64,000 nt of DNA. Origin: Octopus vulgaris (lineage: Eukaryota). The notes below the pieces were generated by a model. That model had not been told where the DNA came from, searched no databases, and saw only the letters and a program-made list of their open reading frames with translations. Location: the NCBI GenBank assembly GCA_951406725.2, contig OX597825.1:558001-622000 (forward strand). Reading direction: 5' to 3'. Positions within the stretch are counted from its first letter, which is position 1, and every line of letters begins with the position of its first letter. This document shows positions 15,301-30,700 of this stretch, in pieces. The position numbers were made by a program, and so were the translations under genes.

Positions 15301-18300
15301 GGTGATTTGCTTGGATGAATGCAACTCTTCTGCACCAGACATCCCGATTGAACAAAGTGACACGAATGCCTGGTCTGTGTTTTAGTCAGATCAGCCTTTC
15401 ACTAGCTGAAATGTCTCATCTGTGCATGTTATGACTACAGCAACAGTTTGCTAACGGAACTGGTTGATCCTGGCCACTGAGTTTGTTGTCTGTTCAGCCA
15501 CTCAGCATCCAGTGATATTTGCCATTGATTCAATTAAGCTCATCTACTGAAATAGTTCACATCCAAGATGCTACATCCCATGATGTCAATGTATCCTGGT
15601 TCAGGTTGCTACATACCATTTAACCCATTACTGGGATCCTGGAGAGGTGTTACTACTCTGAGTCAGAGTAGACCTGGAATGTATAGAGGTTAAGAGAGAG
15701 TTCTACACTGTTCAAAACTTTGAAACTCCCGAACCATGACCCCACCACCAGAAGCAGGTTAAAGACATACCCAGGACTAAATGAAGAGAGACAAGACCAT
15801 AAAACACAAATTCTCTAATAAACATCTAAACATGAGTTTCGGTAATGGAAGAACGAATTGAGAGAAACTTAGAAAAGTTAACAAAAGACAAAAGAAAGGA
15901 ACAAAAGGGGATTGCATGATTAAAGCATTGAAGACAACAGGAAAACTTGAAAGGAAGAAAGAATTAAAGGAGGAGAGAAAAGGAGAAAAAAGATTTACTG
16001 ACTTTGTACCAGTCTTCACTGTGATCTCTTTTCGTCTCTCGTTGTGATGTAACAGCAAGTGTTGCCCGCAATGCAGCTACGGCAGCTTCTCTGACAGCCG
16101 GCTGCAAAAGCACAGCAGAGATTCATTAGGGGAGAATTAGAATAAATTAATCATTTTAACGTCCACTTTTCCATGCTTGCATAGGTCGAATGGAGTTTAC
16201 TGAGGCAGATTTTCTAGAACTGGATGCACTTCCTGATGCCAACCCTCAAGCCAACCCCAATGTATTGGAAATGAGCAACACTACTTGTATGACAGTAGCA
16301 ATCATTTACAACTCTTACCACAGTGTCAAGATAAGGGACACAAATACACACTTACATATAAGTATATATCATCATCATCTTTAATGTTTGCTTTCCATGC
16401 TGGTATGGGTTGGACAGTTTGACAGGAGCTGCTTAGCCAGAGGACTACACCAAGCTCTTCTGTGTGTTTTGGCATGGTTTCTGACTGGATGCCCTTCCTA
16501 ATATCAACCACTTTACAGGGTGTGCTGCCAAATCCATTCCCAAGCTTTGGTTAGCTTGGGGTTACAGTAGAAGACACTTGTTCAATGTGCCATGCAGTGG
16601 GCCTGAACCTGAAACCATGTGGTTGGAAAGCAAGCTTCTTACCACACAGCCACACCAGAAGCTACATTACACACACTAAATGAATAATCCTGCAAGAAAG
16701 TTCTTAACATTTTGGACACCATTTCTTATCCAATCTTAAAGAAATTCTACAAGGCATGGCGAATCAGTTCATTTCAATGAACAATGGCTATACTGTGCCC
16801 ATGGACTTTTAACTGTTTTCATACCAATCTGTTTGAGACCACTCATGGTTCTAAGACACAAGCTTAATGTTTTAAAGTGAAAATTACATTTTTATTTAAT
16901 TAAGAAATAATTTGATTGCATATAGTGTTAACAAGTTCTGATCACAGAACTAGTTACCTGCAATAGACTAGCATTCTATCCAAGGAACGATTTGGCTCCT
17001 GTCTACTGCCATGGAAATGGGAAATAAACACCTGTCCATTGAACTGCAGGTGATTGTGAATGGAAATAAGAATATTTAGGAATGGCTGTGTGAAGTTCCA
17101 ATCTGACCGATGGGTCAACTGATTAACTCCTTATTTGTCTAATCCAGTGGTTCTCAGCCAGGGTCCATAAATTTTGCTTTTAGATTTCTTTAAATCTTTA
17201 CATGGTTTACGAGGTTTCCAGTCACTAAAACATGTTCTCTTAGAGACTACAATTGCAAACCTACACAAATGAACAGGTGAAAAACAAAATAGGAATTTTA
17301 TAAGAAGTTATCTACAAAACTAGTTTTTAAAGACTAAATGATTTTATGGCGTCCTTCAGAATAAAATAGGTAAACAAAATGGTCAAGAACCACTGGTTAC
17401 CTGTCATTAATATTGAGATGATTGTAAAACTAGTTGACTTGTTAAATATTTAACTGATTTATAATGCTACACACAGTTTGCCATTGCTATAACTTAGAAC
17501 TGTTCATTTCTGAAGACAATAGCTTTGATAACATATCAATACCTAGGGGAAGTGAGGCAACTGATTTTAGTAAACACACTTGAATAGTGATTGAAGTAAT
17601 TAAAATGGGATTGATAACATGTGGCATATAATCTGAGATGCAGTTGATAAATAATCCAGTTCATCATCATCACCGTTTAACGCCTGCCTTCCATGCTAGC
17701 AGAGGTTGGACAAATCCAGTAATTTGCACAATTCTTCTCTATTAAAATTTTGTTGTTTACTCATTGCATATTAGCTCAAAATTTCAATAATCTTATATTT
17801 TGTAGAATTTGCATGTATTTACCTGTAAATAGATTCACTTTGAGATAAAAATTATTAAACAGATTTGGTTGAGAACCTTTTGTTAAATTGTGTTCCAAAA
17901 ATCACAATAAAAAAGACTTCTACTTTGAAACCAGTCAAAATTCAAGGTTATTTTAGAATTTTATTGAGAAACATAAAGTGTATTTTGGTTAGAAATATAG
18001 TAACAAAAGGGTTAAAATGAAAGATATTTACTTTGCTTTCACTTAACACAAAGTGTTATGTATAAATAGGTAATTTCTAGAGTTAAAAAAAAAACAACAA
18101 AAAGAAAGAAATATGAAGGTTTGGTAGAGAATGAGCCATAATACCATGGGATTTGGTTAATACTCTTTACATTCTGACTTCAAATTCCAACAAAATCAGC
18201 TTTGTGGTTGTTCTAAAATCCATTCAATAAAAGAAGTACCTTTAAGAACTGAGATTGAAATAATTGGTTGGAGTGATGAAAGCAATGCTCCAGCAGGGGC

Positions 18301-20105
18301 TAACAACTTACCTTGGGATCTCTAACAGCATTAAAGATATTTTCAAAAAACTGTGGAACTTGTTGAAAAAAGAATGTTGGTGTAAAAGTAGCCAACTCCT
18401 TCAGAATGAGTACCTTTGGGAGACAAATGAAGGATTCCTTAATTTACAACGATTTCAAGAGACAAACAAAAGACATAAAAAAATTTTGTGTCATATCAAC
18501 AGCAACCTGGTCCCTGTAAACGTCCCTTAAATATTATTTGGTGCAATGGAATTATGTCAGTGTTTGTGGGTTACTGAATGCTACAATCACTTATGTTAAA
18601 AAAAGAAAAAAACAATAACCCATAAATTGTTCAGTTCTTCTATATTTAATCCATTTTCCTTGAAAAGATAGGATCTAACCCTTATTGGTGATAAAATTAT
18701 ACATTTTCTCACAATAAACAACACGTTCAATTATTTTGACTCGAGTCCATGAATGAGTTCAGGCCTTGACAACAACCAGTCAGCAAGCTCCATAATGATG
18801 ATATGCCTCAGACAGCTTGGCTGACAAAAGCCTGTAATACTTGCAGTTATGTGGAGAGCAATAGGAAGAACATTGTCTTTAGTTTTAAAAAAAGAAAAAA
18901 AAAAAAAAAGGCAAAGTGCTACCCCAGCCAACACGTAAAAAAAAAAAAGCATGTCAAACAATTTTAAACAAAATTACATTAAAAATAATAGTAATTCTTT
19001 GTACAAAGATAAGATATAAATCTTAATGTAAAAACAAACATTACTAAGATAAATCTTGTCTCAGTGGTTAAATTTTGTAGTACATCATTCCAGTTTCAAA
19101 ACAGTTACATGGCAAATATATTCCACATTGGTTTGGGTTGACTAATGCCATGTCAAAGGAATTTGGTAGACAGAAACTGTGCCAAAGCCCATCACACACA
19201 CAATATATATATATATATATATATACAGTAGAACTTCAGTTTTTAAACAACTCTGATTATGAATAAAATCGTACTTTATCTCCTGTGTTTCTCACATTCA
19301 TTTAATACAGTAGCACCTCTGTTTACAAACGCCTCTGATCACAAATAAATCAGGCTTTATATATCTATCTATATATAAATATAAAGCATGATTTATTCAC
19401 AATCAAAGTTGTTCAAAAACCAAGGTACCACTGTATGTTGCATATTTATTCTTAGGTTCAGGTGCTTCTGGCTAACGAAACAACAGGTTGAAACATGAGT
19501 GTCCTAGAATTCTTGTACCAGTGAACAAAGTGTGTTATGAACACACTGACATTGTAAAAGGGAGAAATTGTTGTGACATGCATATTGGCATTCAAATCTG
19601 CTGCAATGCATTAAGAACACTAAATCATTAAGATCTCACAGTACACAGTGCAAATAATGATTCATATACATCTGTAGGAGAAAGGCAATAGAAAATCTCG
19701 TTAAGTACCACACGTTTGAAAAAGACTCATCAAATGCATATTGCATAACTTTAAGGTGCGACACAGGTGTTCACTGTTCCTTCTTTTCAGATGCCTTTCT
19801 ACCTGTTGCTCACACATTCAATGGGGGAGTCTTTTGAAACATGCCTAGTATGAAATTATCGATTCCATTCCCTTTTTATTACGTGATTAGCAACTTCTGT
19901 TCTATTAGAGATGCCCTTTGTATAAGAGCAGTCACTGGACTTTCTATCCAATTCAATATGGGACAAAATGTATTGGATCCATTGATTAATAAACTTTATT
20001 GATCAATCATCATCTACTTTGTGTTTTCTATACAAACTCTGTCAATGCTTGAGGCTGACCAATTGTCTGCCCAACAACCACATTGGATCTCACTACTTTA
20101 TTTTA

Positions 20106-20159
<54 letters not shown>

Positions 20160-21677
20160 AGATTGTTAGCTACTACACACATTTTTTCTCTCCTTGTTTT
20201 TTCTGTGTCCCTTTCTGTCGAAGAGCGTAGGCTCGAAACGTAAAAGACTTTTTCTATTCCTGAGCGTTATACTAATACATTTGTTTTGTTTTGTACACCA
20301 CCCATCTTCGTCTTTTGTTTATTTCGTAAACTCTCCCTATATATATACATATGTACATGTGTATCTTTTGGCAATGAATATTAGTGACAAAACAGAAAAC
20401 TTAGCCCTGTCCCCCAACTGAGGTTCCCTGTGATGTTTCTTTTGCACCAACTTTATAACTGTTGCTCACAAAAACCTGCAATATATAATGCTGCTGCTTC
20501 CCAGTTGCAAATACACACCATTCTTCATGCAGGCAGACACCATTTATTATCAAGGGTATATGTCATTGTATGTGTGTGTGTGTGTGTGTGTGTGATGCAT
20601 GCGTGTTTACTTACGGCTGAATAACGTTGGCCTTCATGTCTTTCACCAGCTAAAAGTTCCAGAGATCTCTTCGTCTCAAAGTCCACATACTCAGCAGCGT
20701 GGTTACCAGCAGACAGAGCTAATATGCCCATCCCTTTAGCTGTCATTTCCATCAAGCCAACATCACTGGATGGAACAAGGTTTCTCAAGTAATTAGCGAA
20801 ACGGCTAATTTTTGTAGCTGCATTTCCAATATCAACACCAACGAGGGTGGCTGTAAAAGAAAGACATTTTACACCATTATTAATTTACAACAAATCAGTG
20901 AAATCAGTTTCGTCTTTTTCTTGCTTCACCCGTTAGAATGTAGCTATGCTAGGGCTCTGTCTTGAAGAAATTCTAATCAAATGAACCAACCCCAGTACTT
21001 TGGTTTCTGAAGCCTGGTATTTATTCTCTTGATCTTTTTTGCTAAACCAGTAAGTTACAAGAGACATAAACAAACCAAAGACCATTTGTCAAATAGTTGT
21101 GTGTGTATATATATATATATATGGTGATGCATGACCTTCAAACGTTGGGCCTCATGGAGGCAATGACCAAAGACCAAGACCTCTGGAGTTATGCTGTGAC
21201 TGAGAGGACCAGGCAAATAAAGTGAGTCCACAGCTGTAACCTACACCAGTGTCGCATAACCAGCCCACTGAAAAGTACCTTGGATCAACATGCCATGCTT
21301 GAGGAGACATCAGCAATATCAAAATCAAATCAGATGGAAATTGTAGTTGTGAGCCCCATGCTGGTAGCATGTAAAAAGCATCATCTGAATGTGACCGATG
21401 CCAGTGCCGCCTTGACTGGCTTCTGTTCCGGTGGCACATAAAAAGCACCATCCAAACGTGGTTGAAGCCAGCTTTTCTGGCCCCTTGTGCTGGTGGCACG
21501 TAGAAAGCACCCACTGTACTATCAGAGTAGTTGGCGTTAGGAAGGGCATCCAGCTGTAGAAACACTGCCAGATCAGATGGGGGCCTGGTGCAGCCTCCTG
21601 ACTTCCCAGACCCCAGACAAACCGTCCAACCCATGCCAGCTTGGAAAACGGATGTTAAACGATGATGTTGATATATA

Positions 21678-21712
<35 letters not shown>

Positions 21713-24700
21713 TATATATACTTTTCATTTAGACACACACAGACACAAACTAGGAGAAAACATGCGCAAGGTGTCACGCAATGGGACGGACTCTAGAAGC
21801 ATTGGTTGGGGAGCAAATTTCTTACCACACAAACACACCTGCACCTTTAAGTTCCATTTTCTCATTTTCATGATTTGTTCACAGGTAAAACTATTCTTTT
21901 TCTTCAAGTTATCTACTCTGGGTCATTGACCAAATCTGTTGCCCAGTTTACAAACCACTCAGATAGCTTTGTGTGGCTTTTGTGGAGTTCACTGTTGGAA
22001 GCATTTTCTGCAGATGTTCAGGGTGAGTATCAGCCATACCAATGTTATCAGTCTGGGGTGTGGCTGGGGAGGAGCCACAATGGTAATGGGTACAGCCTCT
22101 CTTCTCACAAGTATAAAAATAAACATCTGCACATTTCATCAACTGGCATCTGTTCTCCGCACTGGCATGATTTGGATAGTTTGACAAGAGGTGGCCAACT
22201 GGAGAGCTGCCCAAACTATTTGTCTGTTTTGGGATGGTTTCTATGGTTGGAGCCCCTTCCTAACACCAACCACTTTACAGAGTGTACTGGATGCTCTCTA
22301 CATGGCATTGGCATGAATGCTTTTATGTGGCACCAGCACAAATGCTCTGAGTTCAAATTCCGCCAAGGTCGACTTTGCCTTTCATCCTTTCGGGGGTCGA
22401 TAAATTAAGTACCAGTTGCGCACTGGGGTCAATGTAATTGACTTAATACCTTTGTCTGTCCTTGTTTGTCCCCTCTATGTTTAGCCCCTTGTGGGCAGTC
22501 AAGAAATAAATATTCTATGTTGAAACAAGTCAGATCTGGCCTCTCACACCTACCCTACAATGTCATTCTAAAAACAATTACACCATCAAAGCCTTGAAAC
22601 TAAGAGATTATACTTGGTTAATTGAAAACAACATGAATAAATAAGCATTATGTTCGACAGAGTAATCTGAATGGTTCAACCAATAAACACAATTGCATTT
22701 CAGTAACTTTCATAAAATATGCCGTGTGTAACGATGTCACATGAAAATAGTTATGTGCTTTGTAGTAGCTGGCTATTTCGGGGAGAAATATACAACATTC
22801 CATGTCTATATTCAGTAAGTAATGGAATTTTATTAAAAATACAATTTAATCAGATACACATGTACTGTCTGCACACAATAATCTTAGACACTGGGTGGCA
22901 ATTAAAGATGAGAGAGACAGAGAAAGAGAGAGAGAAGCCAATGAAAATATTGTAAACATTAATGTCTAGTATAACATTCCAACAATCTTTAGACATACAG
23001 TTTTTTGACTGTTCTACTTAGAAATCTCTGCAGCTGAATTCCATCAATCTGTCTTACCCACCCACCCACCCACCCCACTAGTTTTTAACTTCTTTAAGCT
23101 GAGGGGTTAAGGGACATTAAACAGCATTTGGTGATGAGGCTCCAGCTTACAAGTTTCAGGGAGGCTAGACTAGCCCCTTTGTCACCACTACTCCCAAGGG
23201 CATTTTGACAAGAGGTGCTGCAACCTGCCAAGGACACCAGCTAGGAGTCAAATCGCATAAAGATCCTATGGCTAAACCATACAGCACTTAGCGTAGGACT
23301 AACTTTCAGACATGTGTCACACAGGCCCGCTAGTGAGAGTATTGTCCTGAAGTCACATGAACCTGTTCCCTTTTCTAAAGTTTAGGTCCTGAACGTCAAG
23401 GGTTAGCTTAGGGGAACAAGAGACTAGCGGAGTAAATTATAAATAGACTGGAAGAAGGCTATAAAAAACATTCATGTATCTTTTCCAAGAAAAATCATGC
23501 ATCTTCAGACTTTGGCATGGAAGTCTATGATTACTGATACCTGAGGACATGGCACATGAAAAGAGAAATTGAGAGAAAACTTGGTTAAAGAAACTGCATT
23601 GAACAAATCTTAACATTTAATCAATCTAACACTTAAGCTAAATTAAGAAAAAAAAATTACTCTATTTTCTTGCATACAAGTTGAATTTTTCAAACCAAAA
23701 TTTACAGCCAAACAAGGTAGGTTGACCTATGTACCAAAATGACTTTGAAGAACCAAAAACTTCATGTGAACTGCAGCAGGATTCGGAAAGATAGTGACAA
23801 AGTTTGACTGTCTACACTACATGTTTGCACTATACACTGCACTGACTTACATGCCAGAAAATAAAAGAATCCGTTTTGAAATTACTAAACCCTCTCAAAT
23901 GCAACAATTCAATATTTATAATTAGAAACTACTGTTATTCAAATTTTAATTTTTTTAAAAATTGAAATAGGATATATTTACAATCATTTCACACAATGTT
24001 TATTAAACAGAAACATTGAAGATATCTGATCATATTCGAAAGCATGAACCCCATTCCCATAAAGGGTACAGGAAAAGGATACACTTTGACATCATCTCAA
24101 TAACATTCTCCTCACATTCAATAATATATGAAAATATTGCCCAGCAGCAATAAATGGCTGTGAGGTTATGGTGATGCACTACTGAATGCATGGCCCTACC
24201 AGCATTGTGTTGGGCCCATGAGCTTGAATAACTAAACAAAAAGACAGTCTCCATTCCTACTTCATAGTTGAGTAGATAGCAGTAGGATGGCTGTTCAGTT
24301 GTGAAAGCAATGCTTCAATAAAAACTATTTCCATCAATCGCAACTACAGTATAAGGCAGTGCATTATTTAGACCAGCCACAGGCAAAGCGCATCCTATGG
24401 AACTTTCTGAATGGAAAGCCTAACAAAACATTACCCTGAATTTTTTTTTTAGTAGTACAGCCCACCTGATGATGAGCCATATCTCATGTGGCCTGCTTCT
24501 CAAAAAATGCTGTCCATGCTTGCTTGAACCTTTAGCATTTAAACCAAGCACATCTAGCCCAAATATTCTCCTTGATTTACATTCAAACTGGCCCCATCCA
24601 GCCTCTCATACTTACCCTACAATGTCATTGCTAAAAATAAACAATCACATCAAAACCTCAAAGCTATGAGATAATGCATGATTAATTCAAAATAAGTATT

Positions 24701-27700
24701 ATGTTTGACAAATTAAATTGGATGCTAAAGGATTAGACCAATGCAGATAACCAGAAAGTCTTGATGGCTATAATTTGCCTTCTTCCATTCCACACTCAAC
24801 ACTTTAGTCAATCTTTCTACAGTATACCAAAAGTCCTACATCAACTCTAACCAACAAACAGAAACTTCATACCAAACATTTCTTTGAAAATTGTTTGTTG
24901 CTAGTGCCATGTTCTGCATTGAACCAGTAAATTTCTTGCTTCCACTGAAGTGGAACTTGTGACTGTTCACTATATATATGAACTAACTTAACGAAAGATC
25001 ATTCTTTAGTTCATCCAGTACCTAAGCTACTTACGATATTATAAAAGAAAATCAACTCTAACCAACAAACAGAAACTTCATACCAAACATTTCTTTGAAA
25101 ATTGTTTGTTGCTAGTGCCATGTTCTGCATTGAACCAGTAAATTTCTTGCTTCCACTGAAGTGGAACTTGTGACTGTTCACTATATATATGAACTAACTT
25201 AACGAAAGATCATTCTTTAGTTCATCCAGTACCTAAGCTACTTACGATATTATAAAAGAAACTGTATACAGTCTCTTACAGTTTCTTTACAAACTGTCTC
25301 TGAAGTAGACTATAGCACTATGAGGTTATCTTTCCGTGACATACAATGAACCAACAATTTCACATTTATGAAGCTGTAATACTTCTCTATAGATTAATCA
25401 GTAGCCAGAAACATTACACATTGTAGGTGCAGTTACCAGCACATGAACTCAAGTTTGCTTCCATTGTGTTGTATTTTGGGAAAATGTCATTTCCTATAGC
25501 TTTGGCTATAGGAAACTGGGTTGAAAGAAACTGTAAAGAAGCCTACTGAGTGACAGCACCTGGAATTCAAAAGGTATAGCATTGTCCCACACTATGCCAT
25601 GCTGATTGTAAGAGTACACATGGCTGGCTGTGGGGTTAAAAAGCTTTGCAACCACATTGTTTCAGGTTCAGTCCCACTGTGTGGCACCTTGGGCAAGCAC
25701 CTTCTGCTATAGACCCAGGCTGACCAATGTCTCATGAGTGAATTGGGTAGATGGAAACTGTCTAGAAGCCTCTCTTACACACACACAATTATGTATGTTT
25801 GCCCTCACCACACACATCACTTGACAACTGGTGTTGGTTTGATTACATCCTTGTAACATAGCAGTTCAGCAAAAGAGAACATTAGAATTAGTACCAGGCT
25901 TAAAATAAGCACTGGAGTCAATTTGTTTGACTAAACCCTTCAGCATGGCCACAGTCCAATGATGGAAACAAGTAAAAGATAATAAAAGATGTGTGTGGAT
26001 TGGTCCGTCACTTCGACACGAGGATTTGCTCAACCAAATCCTCATCATTGAACGACTGATCCATTCATCACACTATACAGTCAATGCCCTACACAGTTTG
26101 TGGAGCTGATACTGTGAGTCGATAACAAAAACAGACTAGACTGTCACTTGTGTTAATCAACTTGAAAACATACTTTCTGAATGTTCAACATTATGACCAC
26201 TGTTTTATGACGATTTAAACATCACAGACACAGTTTACACACAATGGTGAGGACTTTGGACACAGTTTATCACCACATTTCACATCACTTTCATTTATGT
26301 GATTCCAACAAGTCTGATCAACATTACAGTAAACCATTAATGTTGCTGATCACCACACAACACACACACCTCTGTTAATTGTTTCAAATTTCGGTTGCTT
26401 CCCAATAACATGGTTTTGGGTTCAGTTCCACTGCATGGTACTTTGGACAGCCCTAGGTTGATCAAAGCCTTGTGAGTGGATTTGGTAGATGGAAACTGAA
26501 AGAAGCCCATCATATATATTTATATATGTATGTACATGTGAATATGTTTATCCCCACCACCACCACTTAACAACCAGTTGATAAAAGGGATCGACAGAAT
26601 AAATACCAAACTTAAAAAAGTAAAAAACTGGGGCTGATTCCTTCAACTAAACATTTCAAGATGGTGCCCCAGCATGACCGAAAACCAATGAGTGAAACAA
26701 AAGATAAGACCAAGCAAAGAGGTGGGGGCTAGTTGATGACATTGACCAAGTACTTGACAGGTACTTTATTTTATTGAATGAAAGGGTGAAAGGGAAAGTT
26801 GACCGTGACAGGATTTGAACCTAGAATGTAAAGAGCCTCAAGAAATGTCTGATGTGTTAATGTTTCTGCCAACTTTCCATCTTAACTTTGCTATTTTTTT
26901 TTTACTTGTTTCAGTCATTTAACTGTTGCCATGCTGGAGCACTGCCTTTAGTCAAATAAATCGATAACAGGACTTATTCTTTGTAAGCGTTAAGTTATGG
27001 GGATGTAAACATGCAACATCGATTGTCAAGCGATGGTGGGGGGAACAAACACAGACACAGATTCACACACACACACATATATATATATACAATGGGCTTC
27101 TTTCAGTTTCTGTCTATCAAATCCACTCACAAGGCTTTGGTCAGCCTGGGGCTATTGTAGAAGACACTTGCCCAAGATGCCATGCAGTGGGACTGAACCT
27201 GGAACCATGTGGTTGGGAAGCAAGCTTCTTTCCACACAGCCACTCCTGCACTAGTAAATAAATTTTTTTTTTAATTATCAAGTGCAATTATTGATTTAAG
27301 AGTTATGCAATATAATTGTCATATGTGCAACTATATTCTTACACTATAAACCACAGAATTAAAATTGGTGACTCCTGCTGATGTGATTCAAACCAGCACT
27401 GATTGCAATTTAGCATCAATGTGATTTCAAACAACTATTTTCAGGACTTCCATACACTAGGACAATTTCTTTACAACAGCTTTAAGCATCAAAAAATTTT
27501 TTTAAATACTAGATCATCTTATCCTTGTGTGGCTGCATATGTAAAAATGGCCAAATTTTTCAGACCAAAATTTACAGCCAGGAGAAAGAAAAAAAAAAAG
27601 ATCATTAAATAAATATTACATTTGATAGACTAATATGAATGCTAAAGGTACACTACAGATACATGTATCATTAACACAACTCTCAGACACACTGTCCAAT

Positions 27701-30700
27701 TCTACAAACAGAGCTACTAAGGCTATAGCAGAAGATACCTGCTAGTGGGATTGATCCCAAGATTGTAAAATGCACTGCTTAAGCCTTATCTTGTGCCTGC
27801 ATAAATAAAATCACACATTGTGATTTTGGTTAGGCAGTGACTTGGCACGGGGGTTCAGAAGTTGGTTTCCCAACCACATGGCAGGCAAATGACTTCTATT
27901 ATGGCCTTAGATCAACCAAAGCTTTGCGATAGGAGTGAGTTGGCTGGTAGGTAGATGTGTGTGTGTGTCCCCTTCTCTTAACATCATATGATAGTCATAT
28001 GGAGTGTCATCCTCCTACAAACAGTAACCTTCATTTCCAATCTTCCATCAACACATGCCTGGCTATGAAAAAATATTAACTGGCTTCTCAACAGGTGAGG
28101 GTTGGCAAGAAAAAGAGCTGCTGACTGTAGAAAATTTGAACAAATTCTGCCTGATCCATGCAGGAATAGAAAAGTGGACATTAAAATGTTAAGTAATATT
28201 AACTTGGAAGCCTGCATACAGCGAGACAATGATGTCCTCCACAGACTTTTTGTTTTTCCTATCAACAAAACCAATATCTTTAGATAAAAAGTCAGTGGTT
28301 GAAAGAGTTTAACTCATTTGAAGTGAATCTAAGTCCTACATTTAAAAGGTCAAATCTATAAATTATAAAAATTAATAATTCAAACATTACACAATAGTGT
28401 TCAGATGCTCTCTCAGTCCAATAGACTGAAAAAAAAAAAGAAAAAGTTTGCTCACACAAAATGCCATGTCAATCTATTTTGGGGAAATATTTTTTTCCTT
28501 TTTTGTGTTTAACAGAAAATGTGAGTCAAAGTGAAACAGTAGTAGCACATGGCAGATCTCTTAAGTATGTCTAGGAGAAACCATAATTGTCATCAGGAAG
28601 CTATGAGTTGTATATGTCTGTATGGATGTACTTTAGTTCCAATTGTTAAAGGAAAGTTGAAATGAGAGGGGGGAGGGGGAAGAAAGGGGGAGAACATTTA
28701 AATTTATTTTACAGACTACTTTTCTCTTGCGTTTTTCTGTTCAACATAATTCAGAATTGGCAAGAGAACTAATAGTGAAATCCTGCAACAGAATTAAAGA
28801 TGTGGAGAATAAATCTAGAATAAGGGGTGCATGCATATATGTGTGTGTGTGTGCAAGAGAGAGAGAGTCAGTGAGTCTGTCTGTCTGAGTGAGTGTGTGT
28901 GTGTGTGTGTGTGCGTGCGCATGTCTGTGTCTCTCTGTCTGGCTGTCTGTGTATGTGTATTGCCTGCCTGTGTGTACATGTGTCAGTGCGTGTGTGTGTG
29001 TATCTATGAACCAGATGAGATACTATATACTGCTGGTAACAATGCACTTCCTTGCAACGTTGAAGCTTTTGAATAAGGTTGCCAGTTTGGGAATTGAAAC
29101 CATGTCTTGTAGTCACAGATACAACACCATAACCACTAGGCTATGGTGTTGCATTCATGTGTGTACGTGCGCATGTGTGGTTATTCAGACTGAAGAAATG
29201 ACAGGGGACCGAGAGTTGCAGTGATTTGCTGTACTTGAGAAGCCAAGTCAAATCATTGTCTTTCACACATATAGACTTGTCCTTTACAAGTGCTGGTGCC
29301 ACAGAAAATGCACTTGTGCCAGTGTTATGTAGAAGAAACCTATGCCAGAGGCACATAAAGAAACCCAGCACACTTTGTAAAGTGGTTGGTGTTAGGAAGA
29401 GCATCCAGCTGTAGAAACCATGGTACAATGAACAATGGGAGTCTGGCCAGCTCCTTCACTGGCCAGCTGCTGTCAAACCATGCAACCCATGCCAGCATGG
29501 AAAATGGATGTTAAAGGATCATGATGAAGATGACTATATTGGACATGGGCTAGCATTGTATTCTTTCTTGTCTTGAGGTTCACAGTCAAACGGCTGGGTG
29601 GATTCGCGTGAAAAATGGCACACATGTGGAGACAGGTGCATAGATTGGAATGCGGTTTGTATTTTTTTCCTAACCCCCATAGTTACCGAGAAAATTGATT
29701 AAAACTTTTTCTTATGGAATTCTCTTATTTGTTCTACCATTAAAACAACCAGTTGCTCACACAGCCGGCATATACCATTTCGCTAGCAACAAGGGGAGTA
29801 CAGGATGACAATCAGTCAAAACTTTCGCTATGCTGTCTCTCTTCTTTCACCTCTTTGTGGGGTTAATAATCTTAATCTTTAGTTACAGCTTCTCATTCAA
29901 ACTATATAATAGGTAGAATTGTCGGATGGAGACAGTGGGGGAGATTTGGCTGCTATTTCTACCATGTAGAGGTCTGAACTTAATTTTCATTCAAATATTT
30001 GCATTTCAAAAATTTAACAATCTTTTTCATAAATCAGTTATCGTAAAAATTTTATATGATGAACACGCATGCATACACGCACACACACATGTCCATTTCA
30101 TATATCTTCTTTCAATTTCTGCTCTCTGCAATTAAAAGTTTTATGGATACAACTGCTTACAAAAATAGGGATTAATGTATAATTTTTTTCTATGTTCATA
30201 ATTAAATCAATATTTTAATGATTAGACAGAGGTCCAATAGTATAGCTCTCACAAACAGACTATGTACAAATTTGTTCTTCACAACTCCTGAAGCTGTTTT
30301 CTGACCGGGGTGGGTGGGAGGAGTCAGGAAATTTTCATACAGCTGGAGGCTCTAATCGAAACAGGGGCCCCGAAATGATATGGTTGAAAAACACTGTTAT
30401 AGATTATGCCTAACTGAAAACAATCACAGCCACATTACCCAAAACAGACTGTGTGAAACTGGGCTTAGCTGCTAGTATACATATGTAAATCACCATTTTT
30501 ATTTAGCATCTATTTCCTATGTTGGCATATTGAGGAAGGTTTGACAGGAACTGTTAAGTCAGAAAACTGCACCAAGCTCTGCTGCTTGCTTTTGCATGGT
30601 TTCTATGGCTGGATGTCCTTCCTGACACAAACCACTTAACTGGGTGCCTTTTATGTGGCACCAGCAGCCATGAGATCATCATATAACTTGCAGGACAAGA

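Noticed and set aside
21152-22408. ORFs of 184 and 177 aa as a gene nested in the mTOR intron
   Set aside because: Built from RTE tail, SINE and microsatellite sequence; no recognisable domain. No ANGPTL7-like nested gene is seen in this part of mTOR.
28831-29224. Cys/Val- and His/Thr-rich ORFs
   Set aside because: Translations of (TG)n/(CA)n tracts; the same applies to YIYIYI ORFs elsewhere.
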